Positions 37,030-46,404 of a stretch of 56,751 bases of DNA are shown here, in pieces. The stretch is taken from the NCBI GenBank assembly GCA_012718945.1, contig JAAYBL010000106.1:1-56751 (forward strand). The letters are read 5' to 3'. A model generated the notes under the pieces. That model saw only the letters and a program-made list of their open reading frames with translations. It searched no databases and was not told the DNA's origin. The position numbers were made by a program, and so were the translations under genes. The DNA comes from Bacteroidales bacterium (GTDB lineage: Bacteria > Bacteroidota > Bacteroidia > Bacteroidales > UBA1402). Positions within the stretch are counted from its first letter, which is position 1; each line of letters starts with the position of its first letter.

Positions 37030-38880
37030 TTACTTTTCTAAGAGGGTTTTCAGGTAGGTGGTCAGTTCGTTGACGGTAAAGGGTTGTCCCTCAATTTTAT
37101 TGTATTGCTGGAGGGTGATGCCTTCTACTTTTGAACGCAGGTAACCGGCGAATTGACCGTTGTTTAGTTCGCAGACGGTAATAGTCTTGTAGCGACGCAG
37201 AACCTCGGCTGTGTTAGCCGGTAGCGGACTTATGTAGTTGAAATGAGCCAATGCCACTTTCTGTCCCTGGTTGTTTAATTCATTCACAGCTGAATATAGG
37301 TGTCCGAATGTGCCGCCCCAGCCTACGACCAGCAAGTCGGCATCAGGATCGCCCAAAACTTCGACTGGTGGTATTACTTTGGCGACATTGTCTACCTTGG
37401 CTTGACGCTGTTTGACCATCAGTTCGTGATTGTCCGGATTGGTGGAGATACACCCGCTGCAGTTGTCTTTTTCAAGGCCTCCAACACGGTGGGAGAAACC
37501 TTTCATGCCTGGGATGGCCCAATAGCGTACCAGGTTTTCCTCGTTGCGCAGGTAGGGTTTCCAGGTGGCTTGCATCTCGGCATGCACATAGGGTGGTTTG
37601 ATGGCGGGATAGGTATCAAGGGAAGGCAAGCGCCAGGCGGATGAGCCGTTGGCCAGGAAACCATCGGTGAGCAGAATGACGGGGGTCATGTGCTCGATGG
37701 ACAGTTTGCACGCCATGAAGGCATAGTCGAAACAGTTGGCTGGTGTGCTGGCAGCCAGGACGATGCAAGGGCTTTCACCGTTGCGTCCGTATAAGGCTTG
37801 TAACAGGTCGGCTTGCTCGGTCTTGGTGGGCAGCCCGGTTGAGGGACCGCCGCGTTGGACATTGACTACCACCAGGGGTAATTCTGCCATGACAGCAAGG
37901 CCGATAGCTTCGCTCTTGAGGGCAAGGCCTGGACCTGATGTTGACGTGGCACCAAGGTTGCCGGCAAAACTGGCTCCGATGGCTGTACAGACGCCGGCAA
38001 TTTCATCTTCTGCCTGGAAGGTTTTGACGCCAAGATCTTTGCGTGCTGCCAGCTCATGTAGGATTTCGGTGGCAGGTGTGATGGGGTAGCTACCCAGGAA
38101 CAGGGGTAAACCCGCTTTTTCTGCACCAGCAATCAAACCCCAGGCTGTGGCCTGGTTGCCTTTCACGTCGGTGTAGGTGCCTTTAGGCATGACCGTGGGG
38201 TTGACGTGATAGGTGGATACGCTGCTGTGGGTGTTATGTCCGTAGTTGTACCCATCGGCCAACACCTTGAGGTTGGCTTTCAGGATGGCCGGCTTTTTCT
38301 TGAATTTGTTTTCGAGCAGGTGCATAGCCCTGTCAATGGGCGTATTGAAGAGCCAGCAGAGCAAGCCAAGGGCAAACATGTTTTTGGAGCGTAGGATGCT
38401 CTTGTTGTCCATCTCACTATCGACCAGACTGTCTTTCACCATGCTGCTGATGGGGGCCATGATGAGCTGGATGCCCTTCAGGTTGAGTTCTTCAAATGGA
38501 TTGTCTGTCTTGAAGCCGGCTTTTTCCAGGTTGTTGGTGTCGAAGGTATCGGCATCAGCAATGACAATGGCGTTGGGCTTGATGTTGGCCTTGTTGACTT
38601 TGAGTGCTGCCGGATTCATGGCGATGAGCACGTCGGCCAGGTCGCCGGGCGTGTACACTTTTTTTGATCCGACGTGTACCTGGTAGCCGGAGACTCCGCT
38701 TAGCGTACCCTGAGGGGCACGGATTTCTGCGGGATAGTCGGGAAAGGTGGAAATCTCGTTGCCGTAGATGGCTGACAGGTTGGAGAACAGACTTCCGGTC
38801 AATTGCATGCCGTCGCCCGAGTCACCGGAAAACCGGATGACCACCTGTTCGAGCGAGGTGATGGTTGCTGCTTCAGACAT
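37030..38880 (-). CDS. korA: 2-oxoacid:acceptor oxidoreductase alpha subunit (gamma-alpha fusion)
   Basis: GDSGDGMQ, YPAEIRAP, YPITPAT, QAEDEI, TSGPG and QRGGPSTGLPT motifs. Confidence 0.92.
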   Translation of the reverse strand: MSEAATITSLEQVVIRFSGDSGDGMQLTGSLFSNLSAIYGNEISTFPDYPAEIRAPQGTLSGVSGYQVHVGSKKVYTPGDLADVLIAMNPAALKVNKANIKPNAIVIADADTFDTNNLEKAGFKTDNPFEELNLKGIQLIMAPISSMVKDSLVDSEMDNKSILRSKNMFALGLLCWLFNTPIDRAMHLLENKFKKKPAILKANLKVLADGYNYGHNTHSSVSTYHVNPTVMPKGTYTDVKGNQATAWGLIAGAEKAGLPLFLGSYPITPATEILHELAARKDLGVKTFQAEDEIAGVCTAIGASFAGNLGATSTSGPGLALKSEAIGLAVMAELPLVVVNVQRGGPSTGLPTKTEQADLLQALYGRNGESPCIVLAASTPANCFDYAFMACKLSIEHMTPVILLTDGFLANGSSAWRLPSLDTYPAIKPPYVHAEMQATWKPYLRNEENLVRYWAIPGMKGFSHRVGGLEKDNCSGCISTNPDNHELMVKQRQAKVDNVAKVIPPVEVLGDPDADLLVVGWGGTFGHLYSAVNELNNQGQKVALAHFNYISPLPANTAEVLRRYKTITVCELNNGQFAGYLRSKVEGITLQQYNKIEGQPFTVNELTTYLKTLLEK

Positions 38881-38919
38881 AGATGGAGGATATCGATTAA
38901 ATCGGCCGCAAAATAACGA

Positions 38920-39005
38920 AATTTAATTCATTAATGCAACAATTTTCGTTCTTTACCCCTATTTATGCGTATTAATATGCAATTATGCGTATAAATAATG
39001 AATAA
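38920..39005. promoter_or_regulatory. AT-rich repeat/palindrome cluster upstream of korAB (candidate operator)
   Basis: TTATGCGTAT at 38963 and 38983 (20-bp period); near-palindrome TGCGTATTAATATGCA at 38966-38981. Confidence 0.45.
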
Positions 39006-39075
39006 TGTTTAGAAATCTGGTTACAAGTGGCTCCGCCTGTCAAGTCGGCCTCAAAGAGGAGGCTGAGACTGCGTG

Positions 39076-41574
39076 TCAAAAGCCACCGTCCATGCCACTA
39101 TCCATTCCTCCGCCCATGCCGGCATCGCCATCACCGTTTTCTCCGTTTGGTTTCTTCTGTTTGGGTTTCATATTCCCAAAATTCCAGGTGACGGTCAATT
39201 GTAGGGTACGTCCAAAGAATTGGTTCTTGCTTTCCTGATAAAAGCCAGGGCCAAAGCTGGTGGAAGAAAAGTTGAAGGAGTTCAGGAGATTCCTGGCATT
39301 GACGGCCACCAGGAGGCTACGATCCAGGAAGCTTTTTCTCAAGCCGGCGTCAACGGTATAATTGCTTTTGGTACGTCCCTGTGCCATGACCCTGGGTGCG
39401 TTATAAAAACCGGAAAGCTGGCCGGTGAGGCTGGGGCTCATTAGCCAGGTGCTGTTAATCCTGGCGTTCCAGGAGAAGCCTTCTGATCCTTTGTAGTCGT
39501 TTCCCTTGTAGGTGAAACCGTTGAGGTGTGTGTGATAGACGTTAACGGTGGAAGTCGTTTCCAACCATTTGGTCAATCGGTCTTTGGCAATGAGCTCCAG
39601 TCCGCTGGAGGTGGAACTTGTGACATTGTCCGGCGTCTGATAGATGATGCCGTTGTCCAGGTAACGGATTTCCTGAATCACGGAAGAGGCCATCCTGTGA
39701 TAAGCCGAGGCTGAGAGAGTGTGGTTGTCCAGCACTCGGATGGCGTTGAGCTCAAAGGCGTTGGCGTACTCGGGAGCGAGGTCGGGGTTGCCAAAGCGGA
39801 TGTTGGTGGAGTCGGAGATGTCTGTGAAAGGATTGAGGCTGCGTCCCCTGGGCCTGTTGATACGGCGGCTGTAATTCAGTTGCAGGTCAAATCCTTCTTT
39901 GATGGTGTACGAAAGGAAGACGCTGGGAAATAGGTCAAGGTAGTGTTTACCTTTGTCAAGATTGTTGCCTGAGGGGGCGATGGTCGAGATAAAGGCAATG
40001 TCGCTGTATTCGCCCCTCAATCCTAGTTGGTAGCCAAATCCACCCCAGCCTTTGCCAGTGAAAGTGGCGTAGGCTGCATGAATTTTTTCGTCGTAGTCAA
40101 ACTCGTTGTTGTAGTCGGGAAGCTGACCAGGTAGGGGGTTGGCCACATTGAAAATGGTGTTCCCGCTGGTCCTGACCGTCCAATCGCTTTTCAAACCGGC
40201 TTCCACCCTGAAGCGTTCACTCAGTTGGTTGGTGTAATCGGCCTGGAATTCCCAGTCGGTGTGACCGCCGTCGCCGGTCTGGAGTTGGACAGTGGGGGCG
40301 ACCAGTACGCCATCGGTTCTGGTTTCAGTTTGGGTGAAATCGATCTTATCGCTCATGGCACGTTTGCCGTATGAAAGATTGGTTTGAAAGCGGTGCTCCT
40401 CTCCGATTTCCCACTGGTAATCAAGGGTGACTTCCATATTGGTATGTCCGCTGGTGCTGTTGGACGTTCTGTCTACATACCGTGAAGCCGATCCATCTGC
40501 CAGGAAATAATCATACCCTATTTCACTATCGAAGCCCCTTTCGCCCTTCATGGCAAAACCCGACAAACTCAGTGAGTGGTTGGGTGTCAAGTGATAGTCA
40601 ACACCACCCCTGAAAAAGAGGCCGCCCATGTTGAAATCCCGATCGGTGTCTGAGATCAGGGTGGAGGTATCGGTCAATAAACTCAGGGGGTTGGTGGTGT
40701 AGGTTTCCCGGCGACTTTCACCCGTTCCCTGGTTCCCGTGACGCCTTCTGCCCAAGGTGGTGTAGGCATCGATTTTGGGACTGCTATACATCAGATTGGC
40801 GCCATAATCGTACCCGAATGGATCACTGACACCGGCGCGAAGGCTGCCGTAATAACCGGCTTTCCTGTCTTTTTTCAAAACGATGTTGATGATACCGGCT
40901 GTGCCTTCGGCGCTGAACTTGGAAGAGGGGTTAGTGACAACTTCGATTTTATCGATACTTTCGGCTGGCATTTGTTCCAACACCTGCGCCTGGTTGTCTG
41001 AGTTGAGGCCGGCTGGCTTGCCGTTGATCCAAATGGTGACGTTGCTGCTGTTGCGCAGGGAAACGGAGCCTTCCTGGTCAACTTCTACCGATGGAATGTC
41101 TTTGAGGACATCGCTGGCGCTGGCACCGGCCGAGGCGATGCTTTGGTCGACCGAAAACACCCGTTTGTCAATATCCATGCGCATGGCTGAGCGAATGCCC
41201 GTCACTTCGGCGGCCGCCAGTTGTCTGGCGTCTGGCTGCAGCTTGAGCACCCCCAGACTGACCGGTTGTCCGGCGGTGACGCTAAAAGTCTGTTTGAGTG
41301 GTTTGTAACCCAATAAAGAGGCTTCTATGCGGTAGTTTCCCGCTTGCAGGTTGTCGAAACGAAAGGAGCCGTCTTCGGCCGAAGAGACCGATGTAAGAGG
41401 CACCGTATTGGCTTCTTTAAACAGCGTGACATGTACAAAATCAATGGGGATTTGTGACACTGCATCCTGAATAACTCCGGTCACTGTGCCGGTAGACGGC
41501 TGAGCCGCTGAAACTGAAAACGAGGAGAACAGACAGGCAACGCCAATCAACAGGGTAGAAAAGGAATGGTGCAT
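39076..41574 (-). CDS. TonB-dependent-like outer-membrane beta-barrel protein (CarboxypepD-like domain, plug and barrel)
   Basis: Signal peptide; IDKRVFSV, LKDIPSVEVD, IEVVTNPSSKF.AEG.AGIINI, YSRRINRP and GNPDL.PE motifs. Confidence 0.9.
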   Translation of the reverse strand: MHHSFSTLLIGVACLFSSFSVSAAQPSTGTVTGVIQDAVSQIPIDFVHVTLFKEANTVPLTSVSSAEDGSFRFDNLQAGNYRIEASLLGYKPLKQTFSVTAGQPVSLGVLKLQPDARQLAAAEVTGIRSAMRMDIDKRVFSVDQSIASAGASASDVLKDIPSVEVDQEGSVSLRNSSNVTIWINGKPAGLNSDNQAQVLEQMPAESIDKIEVVTNPSSKFSAEGTAGIINIVLKKDRKAGYYGSLRAGVSDPFGYDYGANLMYSSPKIDAYTTLGRRRHGNQGTGESRRETYTTNPLSLLTDTSTLISDTDRDFNMGGLFFRGGVDYHLTPNHSLSLSGFAMKGERGFDSEIGYDYFLADGSASRYVDRTSNSTSGHTNMEVTLDYQWEIGEEHRFQTNLSYGKRAMSDKIDFTQTETRTDGVLVAPTVQLQTGDGGHTDWEFQADYTNQLSERFRVEAGLKSDWTVRTSGNTIFNVANPLPGQLPDYNNEFDYDEKIHAAYATFTGKGWGGFGYQLGLRGEYSDIAFISTIAPSGNNLDKGKHYLDLFPSVFLSYTIKEGFDLQLNYSRRINRPRGRSLNPFTDISDSTNIRFGNPDLAPEYANAFELNAIRVLDNHTLSASAYHRMASSVIQEIRYLDNGIIYQTPDNVTSSTSSGLELIAKDRLTKWLETTSTVNVYHTHLNGFTYKGNDYKGSEGFSWNARINSTWLMSPSLTGQLSGFYNAPRVMAQGRTKSNYTVDAGLRKSFLDRSLLVAVNARNLLNSFNFSSTSFGPGFYQESKNQFFGRTLQLTVTWNFGNMKPKQKKPNGENGDGDAGMGGGMDSGMDGGF

Positions 41575-41605
41575 AGGTTTGTGTTAACTCAAAACAATCT
41601 TCACA

Positions 41606-41640
41606 CCGTTTGAGCCCTCAGCAAGCTGAGGGTTTAACGG
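41606..41640. promoter_or_regulatory. Inverted repeat upstream of the OM barrel gene, containing an ECF-sigma-like TAAACC motif on the minus strand
   Basis: CCGTT(T)GAGCCCTCAGC-aa-GCTGAGGGTTTAACGG. Confidence 0.4.
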
Positions 41641-41700
41641 GTGACAGGAGAATTTAGGATTTTTTTTGATTTGCCGGGTGTGGCAGTCCTGTTGAAAACG

Positions 41701-43098
41701 TTAAAGGCTGAAGGTTTCGTGCATGGTGGGTATCACCACATCGTGAAATCCTTTTTTCAGGAGCCTGTCCTTGAAGGCGTCCTGTGAGGCTGGTTCGCCA
41801 TGGACAACGAAAACCTTGCTCACCTCGTCCGGATCCTGCGTGGACAGGTACTGGCTAAGGTCGTTGTAGTCGGCATGGGCCGACATGGATTCGATGGAGT
41901 AAATGTCCGCCTTGACCGGGAAAGTATCTCCGTAAATAGTGACTTCGTCAGGCCTTTCTTTCAGACGGGCTCCCAGGGTGTTCTTTTCACAATAGCCAAC
42001 CAGCAAGATGCCGTTTCTTGGGTTGCTGATGCTGTTGGCGATGTGGTGTTTCACCCGGCCGGCTTCGGCCATACCAGAAGCGGAGATGATGACACAAGGC
42101 TGTTCGGTGCTGTTCAAGGCTTGTGAGGCGCGTTTGTCTTCGATGTAATGCAGGCCCTTGAAATCGAAGGGGTCCTTATCGTACTTCATGAGTTTTTGCA
42201 CCGACTTGTTGAAGCATTCGGGGTGGCTTTTCACTACCTGAGTTGCCTTGGTTGAGAGGGGGCTGTCCACGTAATAGGTTACATCGGGCAGACGGTAATC
42301 GAGTTCCAGTTCGTTTAAGGCATACAGCAGTTCCTGGGTACGCCCCACACTAAAGGCGGGGATGATGAGCTTGCCCCGTTTGCCTACGCATACTTCCTCG
42401 ATAATTTCCTTGATATGTTCAGGGGTGGTGTCCACCTTGTCGTGCAGCCTATCGCCGTAGGTCGACTCGATGATGATGTAGTCGGCTTGTGGAAAAATGG
42501 CCGGCGACTTGAGGATAGGGTCACCATAGCGGCCCACATCTCCACTGTAGGCCAGACGGATGTTGCGGCCTTCTTCTTTGAGTTCGAGGAAAATAGTCGT
42601 TGCTCCCAGAATGTGCCCGATATCATACAGGGTCACTTCCACAGCGCTGTCGATGCGGGTAGGCTTGTCTACCTGGATGGATTCGAAACAGGCCAGGGTG
42701 GCTTCCACGTCTTCGAGGGTGTAAAGCGGTTCCTCCTGCTGTTGGTTGGGTTGACGTTTCTTGTTCAGGAATCGGGCATCAGCCGATTGGATAAAGGCAG
42801 AGTCCCTGAGTAGGATTTCCGTCATATCCAAGGTGCCAGATGAGCCAAAGATGCGTCCGCTGAAACCCTGTTTGACCAACAAGGGCAAGAGTCCGGAGTG
42901 GTCGATGTGGGCATGGGAGAGGAAGACATAATCCACTTGGGATGCTTCGAAACCCAGTTCTTCGTTCATGACAGAGGTGTCGCTCCCCATGCCTTGGAAC
43001 ATGCCACAATCCAGTAGAATGGTGGGACCATTTTTCAAGCGGAGCAGGTGCTTCGAACCGGTTACTGTGCCGGCGGCGCCGTGGAAGGAGATTTTCAT
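41701..43098 (-). CDS. MBL-fold beta-CASP metallo-hydrolase (probable RNase)
   Basis: SHAHIDHSG, GHILG, SGDVG, ESTYGDR, PAFSVGRTQE, SAHAD and VHGE motifs; -7 element TACCTTTG at 43119-43126. Confidence 0.93.
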   Translation of the reverse strand: MKISFHGAAGTVTGSKHLLRLKNGPTILLDCGMFQGMGSDTSVMNEELGFEASQVDYVFLSHAHIDHSGLLPLLVKQGFSGRIFGSSGTLDMTEILLRDSAFIQSADARFLNKKRQPNQQQEEPLYTLEDVEATLACFESIQVDKPTRIDSAVEVTLYDIGHILGATTIFLELKEEGRNIRLAYSGDVGRYGDPILKSPAIFPQADYIIIESTYGDRLHDKVDTTPEHIKEIIEEVCVGKRGKLIIPAFSVGRTQELLYALNELELDYRLPDVTYYVDSPLSTKATQVVKSHPECFNKSVQKLMKYDKDPFDFKGLHYIEDKRASQALNSTEQPCVIISASGMAEAGRVKHHIANSISNPRNGILLVGYCEKNTLGARLKERPDEVTIYGDTFPVKADIYSIESMSAHADYNDLSQYLSTQDPDEVSKVFVVHGEPASQDAFKDRLLKKGFHDVVIPTMHETFSL

Positions 43099-43218
43099 AC
43101 CATTGGGGGTTTGTTGCCCAAAGGTAGGTCTTTTCTGCGGGGACTTGCCGAGGTGTTGACGTTAAAAAATGTTACCCTTTTTGTTTGCCGCAAAAAGACC
43201 TGGAATGATGTGCAGGCC

Positions 43219-45012
43219 TTACATCCGCTCAGGAACGTCGATGCCCAATAGACCCATGCCGTTTTTCAGCACCCTGCCTGTCAATTCTGACAACAACAGG
43301 CGAATGGTGCGCTTGTCGGCGTTTTCTTCTTTCAGGATGGAGTAGTCGTGGTAGAACTGGTTGTATTCCTTGGCCAGGTCGTACAAATAATTGGCCACGA
43401 CCGCAGGACTGTAGGCTTGGGCGGCTTCGCTGACTGTGTCGGGGAAGGCGTTGAGCAGACGAATCAGGTACAACTCTTTTTCCGAGAGGTCGTCCACCAA
43501 TGGGGCGGCTGCGGGGAGTTGAATGTCTGATGCTTCGGCCTTGCGCAGCACCGAGCGGATACGAGCGTGGGTGTATTGAATAAAGGGCCCCGTGTTTCCA
43601 TTGAAGTCGATGGATTCCTTGGGGTTGAACGTCATGTTCTTGCGTGGGTCTACTTTGAGGATGAAGTATTTGAGTGCCCCCAACCCTACCATGACGGCAA
43701 TGGCTTCGGCTTCCTCGTTGCTGAGTCCATCCAGTTTACCCAATTCCCTGGAGGTATCCCTGGCGGTAGTGACCATTTCCTCAACCAGGTCGTCGGCATC
43801 GACCACGGTGCCTTCCCTTGATTTCATCTTGCCCTCTGGCAGTTCGACCATGCCGTAGGAAAAGTGAACGAGGTCTTTACCCCAGGAAAAGCCCAATTTG
43901 TCCAGCAGGATGGACAACACCTGGAAATGGTAGTTTTGTTCGTTCCCCACCACGTAGACCATCTTGTCGATGGGGTACTCGGCGAAACGGAGGGCAGCCG
44001 TGCCAATGTCCTGGGTCATGTACACAGACGTGCCATCGGCCCTGAGCAGTACCTTTTGATCCAATCCTTCTGCTGTCAGATCGGCCCAGACGGAACCGTC
44101 CTCCTTGCGGATGAACAGGCCTTTATCCAACCCTTCCAGCACTTTATCCTTACCAGGCAGGTAGGTCTGTGATTCATAGTATATCTTGTCGAAAGCCACA
44201 CCCAGTTTGCGGTAGGTTTCGTCAAAGCCGTTGTAGACCCATTCGTTCATGGTTGCCCAAAGTTGCCTGACCTCGGGATCTCCGGCTTCCCAGCGCAGGA
44301 GCATGCCGCGGGCTTCAGCCATCAAGGGGGAGGCTGCCTCGGCAGCTTCCTTGGTCATGCCCTGCTCCATGAGAGCGGCAATTTCCTGTTTGTAGTGTTT
44401 GTCGAACGCTACGTAGTAATCACCGACCAAATGGTCGCCTTTTTTGCCGGATGAAGCCGGGGTTTCGCCCTCGCCCCATTTCTGCCAGGCCAACATGGAT
44501 TTGCAGATGTGGATACCTCTGTCGTTGACGATATTGGTCTTGAACACCTTGTTGCCATCGGCTTCAAGTAGGCGGCACAGACTGCTACCCAACAGGTTGT
44601 TGCGAACGTGGCCCAGGTGCAGAGGTTTGTTGGTATTGGGTGAACTGAATTCCACCATGACAAGGGGTGCGTCGGGGCCGGCCGATTTCAAGCCAAAACG
44701 GGGCTGATCGAGGGCTTCGTTGAGTTTGTTCAACCAGCAAGCACTGTCCAATGTGAGGTTGAGAAAGCCTTTGATGACGTTGTAGGCTTTGATTTCAGGG
44801 GTGTTGGCAACCAGCCATTGCCCGATTTCCTCCCCGGTGTCTTCCGGTTTCTTTCTGGATAGACGGGTCAAGGGGAAAACGATGACGGTGAAGTCGCCCG
44901 TGAATTCTTTCCGGGTGGGTTGTAGTTGCAAGGGTTGGCCTACCGGTTGTTGTCCATACAGGGCCTCGATGGCGGCCGACAGCTTTTGTTCAAGTAGTTG
45001 GTTGATGGTCAT
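43219..45012 (-). CDS. argS: Arginine--tRNA ligase
   Basis: EFSSPNTNKPLHLGH (HIGH-like), KMKSREG, GNTGPFIQY and C-terminal PERM. The -7 element TACCTTTG at 45036-45043 supports a start at ATG 45012. Confidence 0.97.
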   Translation of the reverse strand: MTINQLLEQKLSAAIEALYGQQPVGQPLQLQPTRKEFTGDFTVIVFPLTRLSRKKPEDTGEEIGQWLVANTPEIKAYNVIKGFLNLTLDSACWLNKLNEALDQPRFGLKSAGPDAPLVMVEFSSPNTNKPLHLGHVRNNLLGSSLCRLLEADGNKVFKTNIVNDRGIHICKSMLAWQKWGEGETPASSGKKGDHLVGDYYVAFDKHYKQEIAALMEQGMTKEAAEAASPLMAEARGMLLRWEAGDPEVRQLWATMNEWVYNGFDETYRKLGVAFDKIYYESQTYLPGKDKVLEGLDKGLFIRKEDGSVWADLTAEGLDQKVLLRADGTSVYMTQDIGTAALRFAEYPIDKMVYVVGNEQNYHFQVLSILLDKLGFSWGKDLVHFSYGMVELPEGKMKSREGTVVDADDLVEEMVTTARDTSRELGKLDGLSNEEAEAIAVMVGLGALKYFILKVDPRKNMTFNPKESIDFNGNTGPFIQYTHARIRSVLRKAEASDIQLPAAAPLVDDLSEKELYLIRLLNAFPDTVSEAAQAYSPAVVANYLYDLAKEYNQFYHDYSILKEENADKRTIRLLLSELTGRVLKNGMGLLGIDVPERM

Positions 45013-45080
45013 GATGTTTTCGTTCAATCGGAGGGCAAAGGTAGAAAAAAACACCCATGCGACAAGGTAGGCCGGTAAAC

Positions 45081-45111
45081 AAAAAGAAGCTGTTGTCAGG
45101 CAGCTTCTTTT
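45081..45111 (-). terminator. Intrinsic terminator after HU
   Basis: AAAAGAAGCTG...CAGCTTCTTTT stem with A/T tails on both sides. Confidence 0.8.
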
Positions 45112-45132
45112 CGGTAAATGGGGTAGCGGTGC

Positions 45133-45402
45133 TTAGAGACCGGCAGACAGGTCTGATCCGGCTTTGAACCTGACGACTTTCTTTGCAGGGATCGTGATGG
45201 GCTTGCGGGTGGCTGGGTTGATACCCTTGCGAGCCGTCTTTTTCACGACAGAGAACGTACCGAAACCGACCAAGGCAACCTTGTCACCTTTCTTCATGGT
45301 GTCGGCTACACTACAGATGAAAGCATCCAATGCTTTCTTGGCGTCAACTTTGCTCAAACCAGCCTTTTCGGCCATGGCACCAATCAATTGTGCTTTGTTC
45401 AT
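45133..45402 (-). CDS. hup: DNA-binding protein HU
   Basis: MNKAQLI...GFGTFSV...RKGINPAT...IPAKKVVRFKAG; -7 element TACATTTG at 45458-45465. Confidence 0.96.
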   Translation of the reverse strand: MNKAQLIGAMAEKAGLSKVDAKKALDAFICSVADTMKKGDKVALVGFGTFSVVKKTARKGINPATRKPITIPAKKVVRFKAGSDLSAGL

Positions 45403-45621
45403 GGTAATGATGTATAAAGTTAAACAATAGGGGGTTACGTTCATATAATCATAGAGGCAAATGTAGGCTAATTTTTAATCAAACAAGAAAAAAGTACTGA
45501 TTTTTTGGGGCTTAGCTGGTTTTTTTGTGAAAAAACTGTTTTCTTCCCTCATTGATGGTCCTTTTTTGTACTTTTGTCTACCGGGTTTGGCTGTTCCAAG
45601 CCCTATTTCCTTGGTTTTCAT

Positions 45622-46404
45622 ATGGGTCAATATCGTTCTTCACAAGGGTTTATGGCCAATGTGCCAGTGGTTACCAAAAACCTGATCATTGTCAATGCGC
45701 TGCTTTGGCTGGCCACAGTCGTGCTCAGACGGACTGGCATTGATTTGAACGATGTCCTGGGTCTGCACTATATTGGTTCCAGCCAATTCTTCCCCACCCA
45801 GTTGCTGACCTACATGTTCATGCACGATTCAGGTAGCTTTTCACACATCCTGTTCAATATGTTTGCGGTCTTTATTTTTGGTCGCGTGATTGAACAGGTG
45901 TGGGGTCCCAAACGCTTCCTGCTTTTCTACCTCATCACAGGTGTTGGTGCCGGTTTGGTTCAACAGGCAGCCTGGTACGTCGATTTGAGGCCTTTCTTAC
46001 AGGCTGTTGACGATTACCTGGTCAATGGCGACAGTACCGTGTTGAGCCGATACCTGAACATCGTGGAGGGAGTTATTTACCCCTCAGACATGGTGGTGGC
46101 AGCCAAGGAGCAGCTCTTGGATCGCATGCTTACCGTGGGTGCATCTGGCGCCGTGTTCGGTATCTTGTTGGCGTTCGGTATGCTTTTCCCCAACGCCCCC
46201 TTGTTCATTATGTTCATCCCTATTCCCATCAAGGCCAAGTACATGGTCATCGGGTATGGCGTGATTGAATTTTTTGCCGGCGTCTCCAGGGTGTCTGGAG
46301 ACAACGTGGCACACTTCGCTCACCTGGGCGGCATGTTGTTTGGTTTTTTCCTGATTCGTCACTGGAAAAAGAAAGGAATAGGCAATGGCTTCTTTTTGGG
46401 ATAG
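45622..46404 (+). CDS. Rhomboid family intramembrane serine protease
   Basis: TYMFMH, HILFNM, GASG and AHLGG motifs; -7 element TACTTTTG at 45569-45576. Confidence 0.93.
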   Translation: MGQYRSSQGFMANVPVVTKNLIIVNALLWLATVVLRRTGIDLNDVLGLHYIGSSQFFPTQLLTYMFMHDSGSFSHILFNMFAVFIFGRVIEQVWGPKRFLLFYLITGVGAGLVQQAAWYVDLRPFLQAVDDYLVNGDSTVLSRYLNIVEGVIYPSDMVVAAKEQLLDRMLTVGASGAVFGILLAFGMLFPNAPLFIMFIPIPIKAKYMVIGYGVIEFFAGVSRVSGDNVAHFAHLGGMLFGFFLIRHWKKKGIGNGFFLG

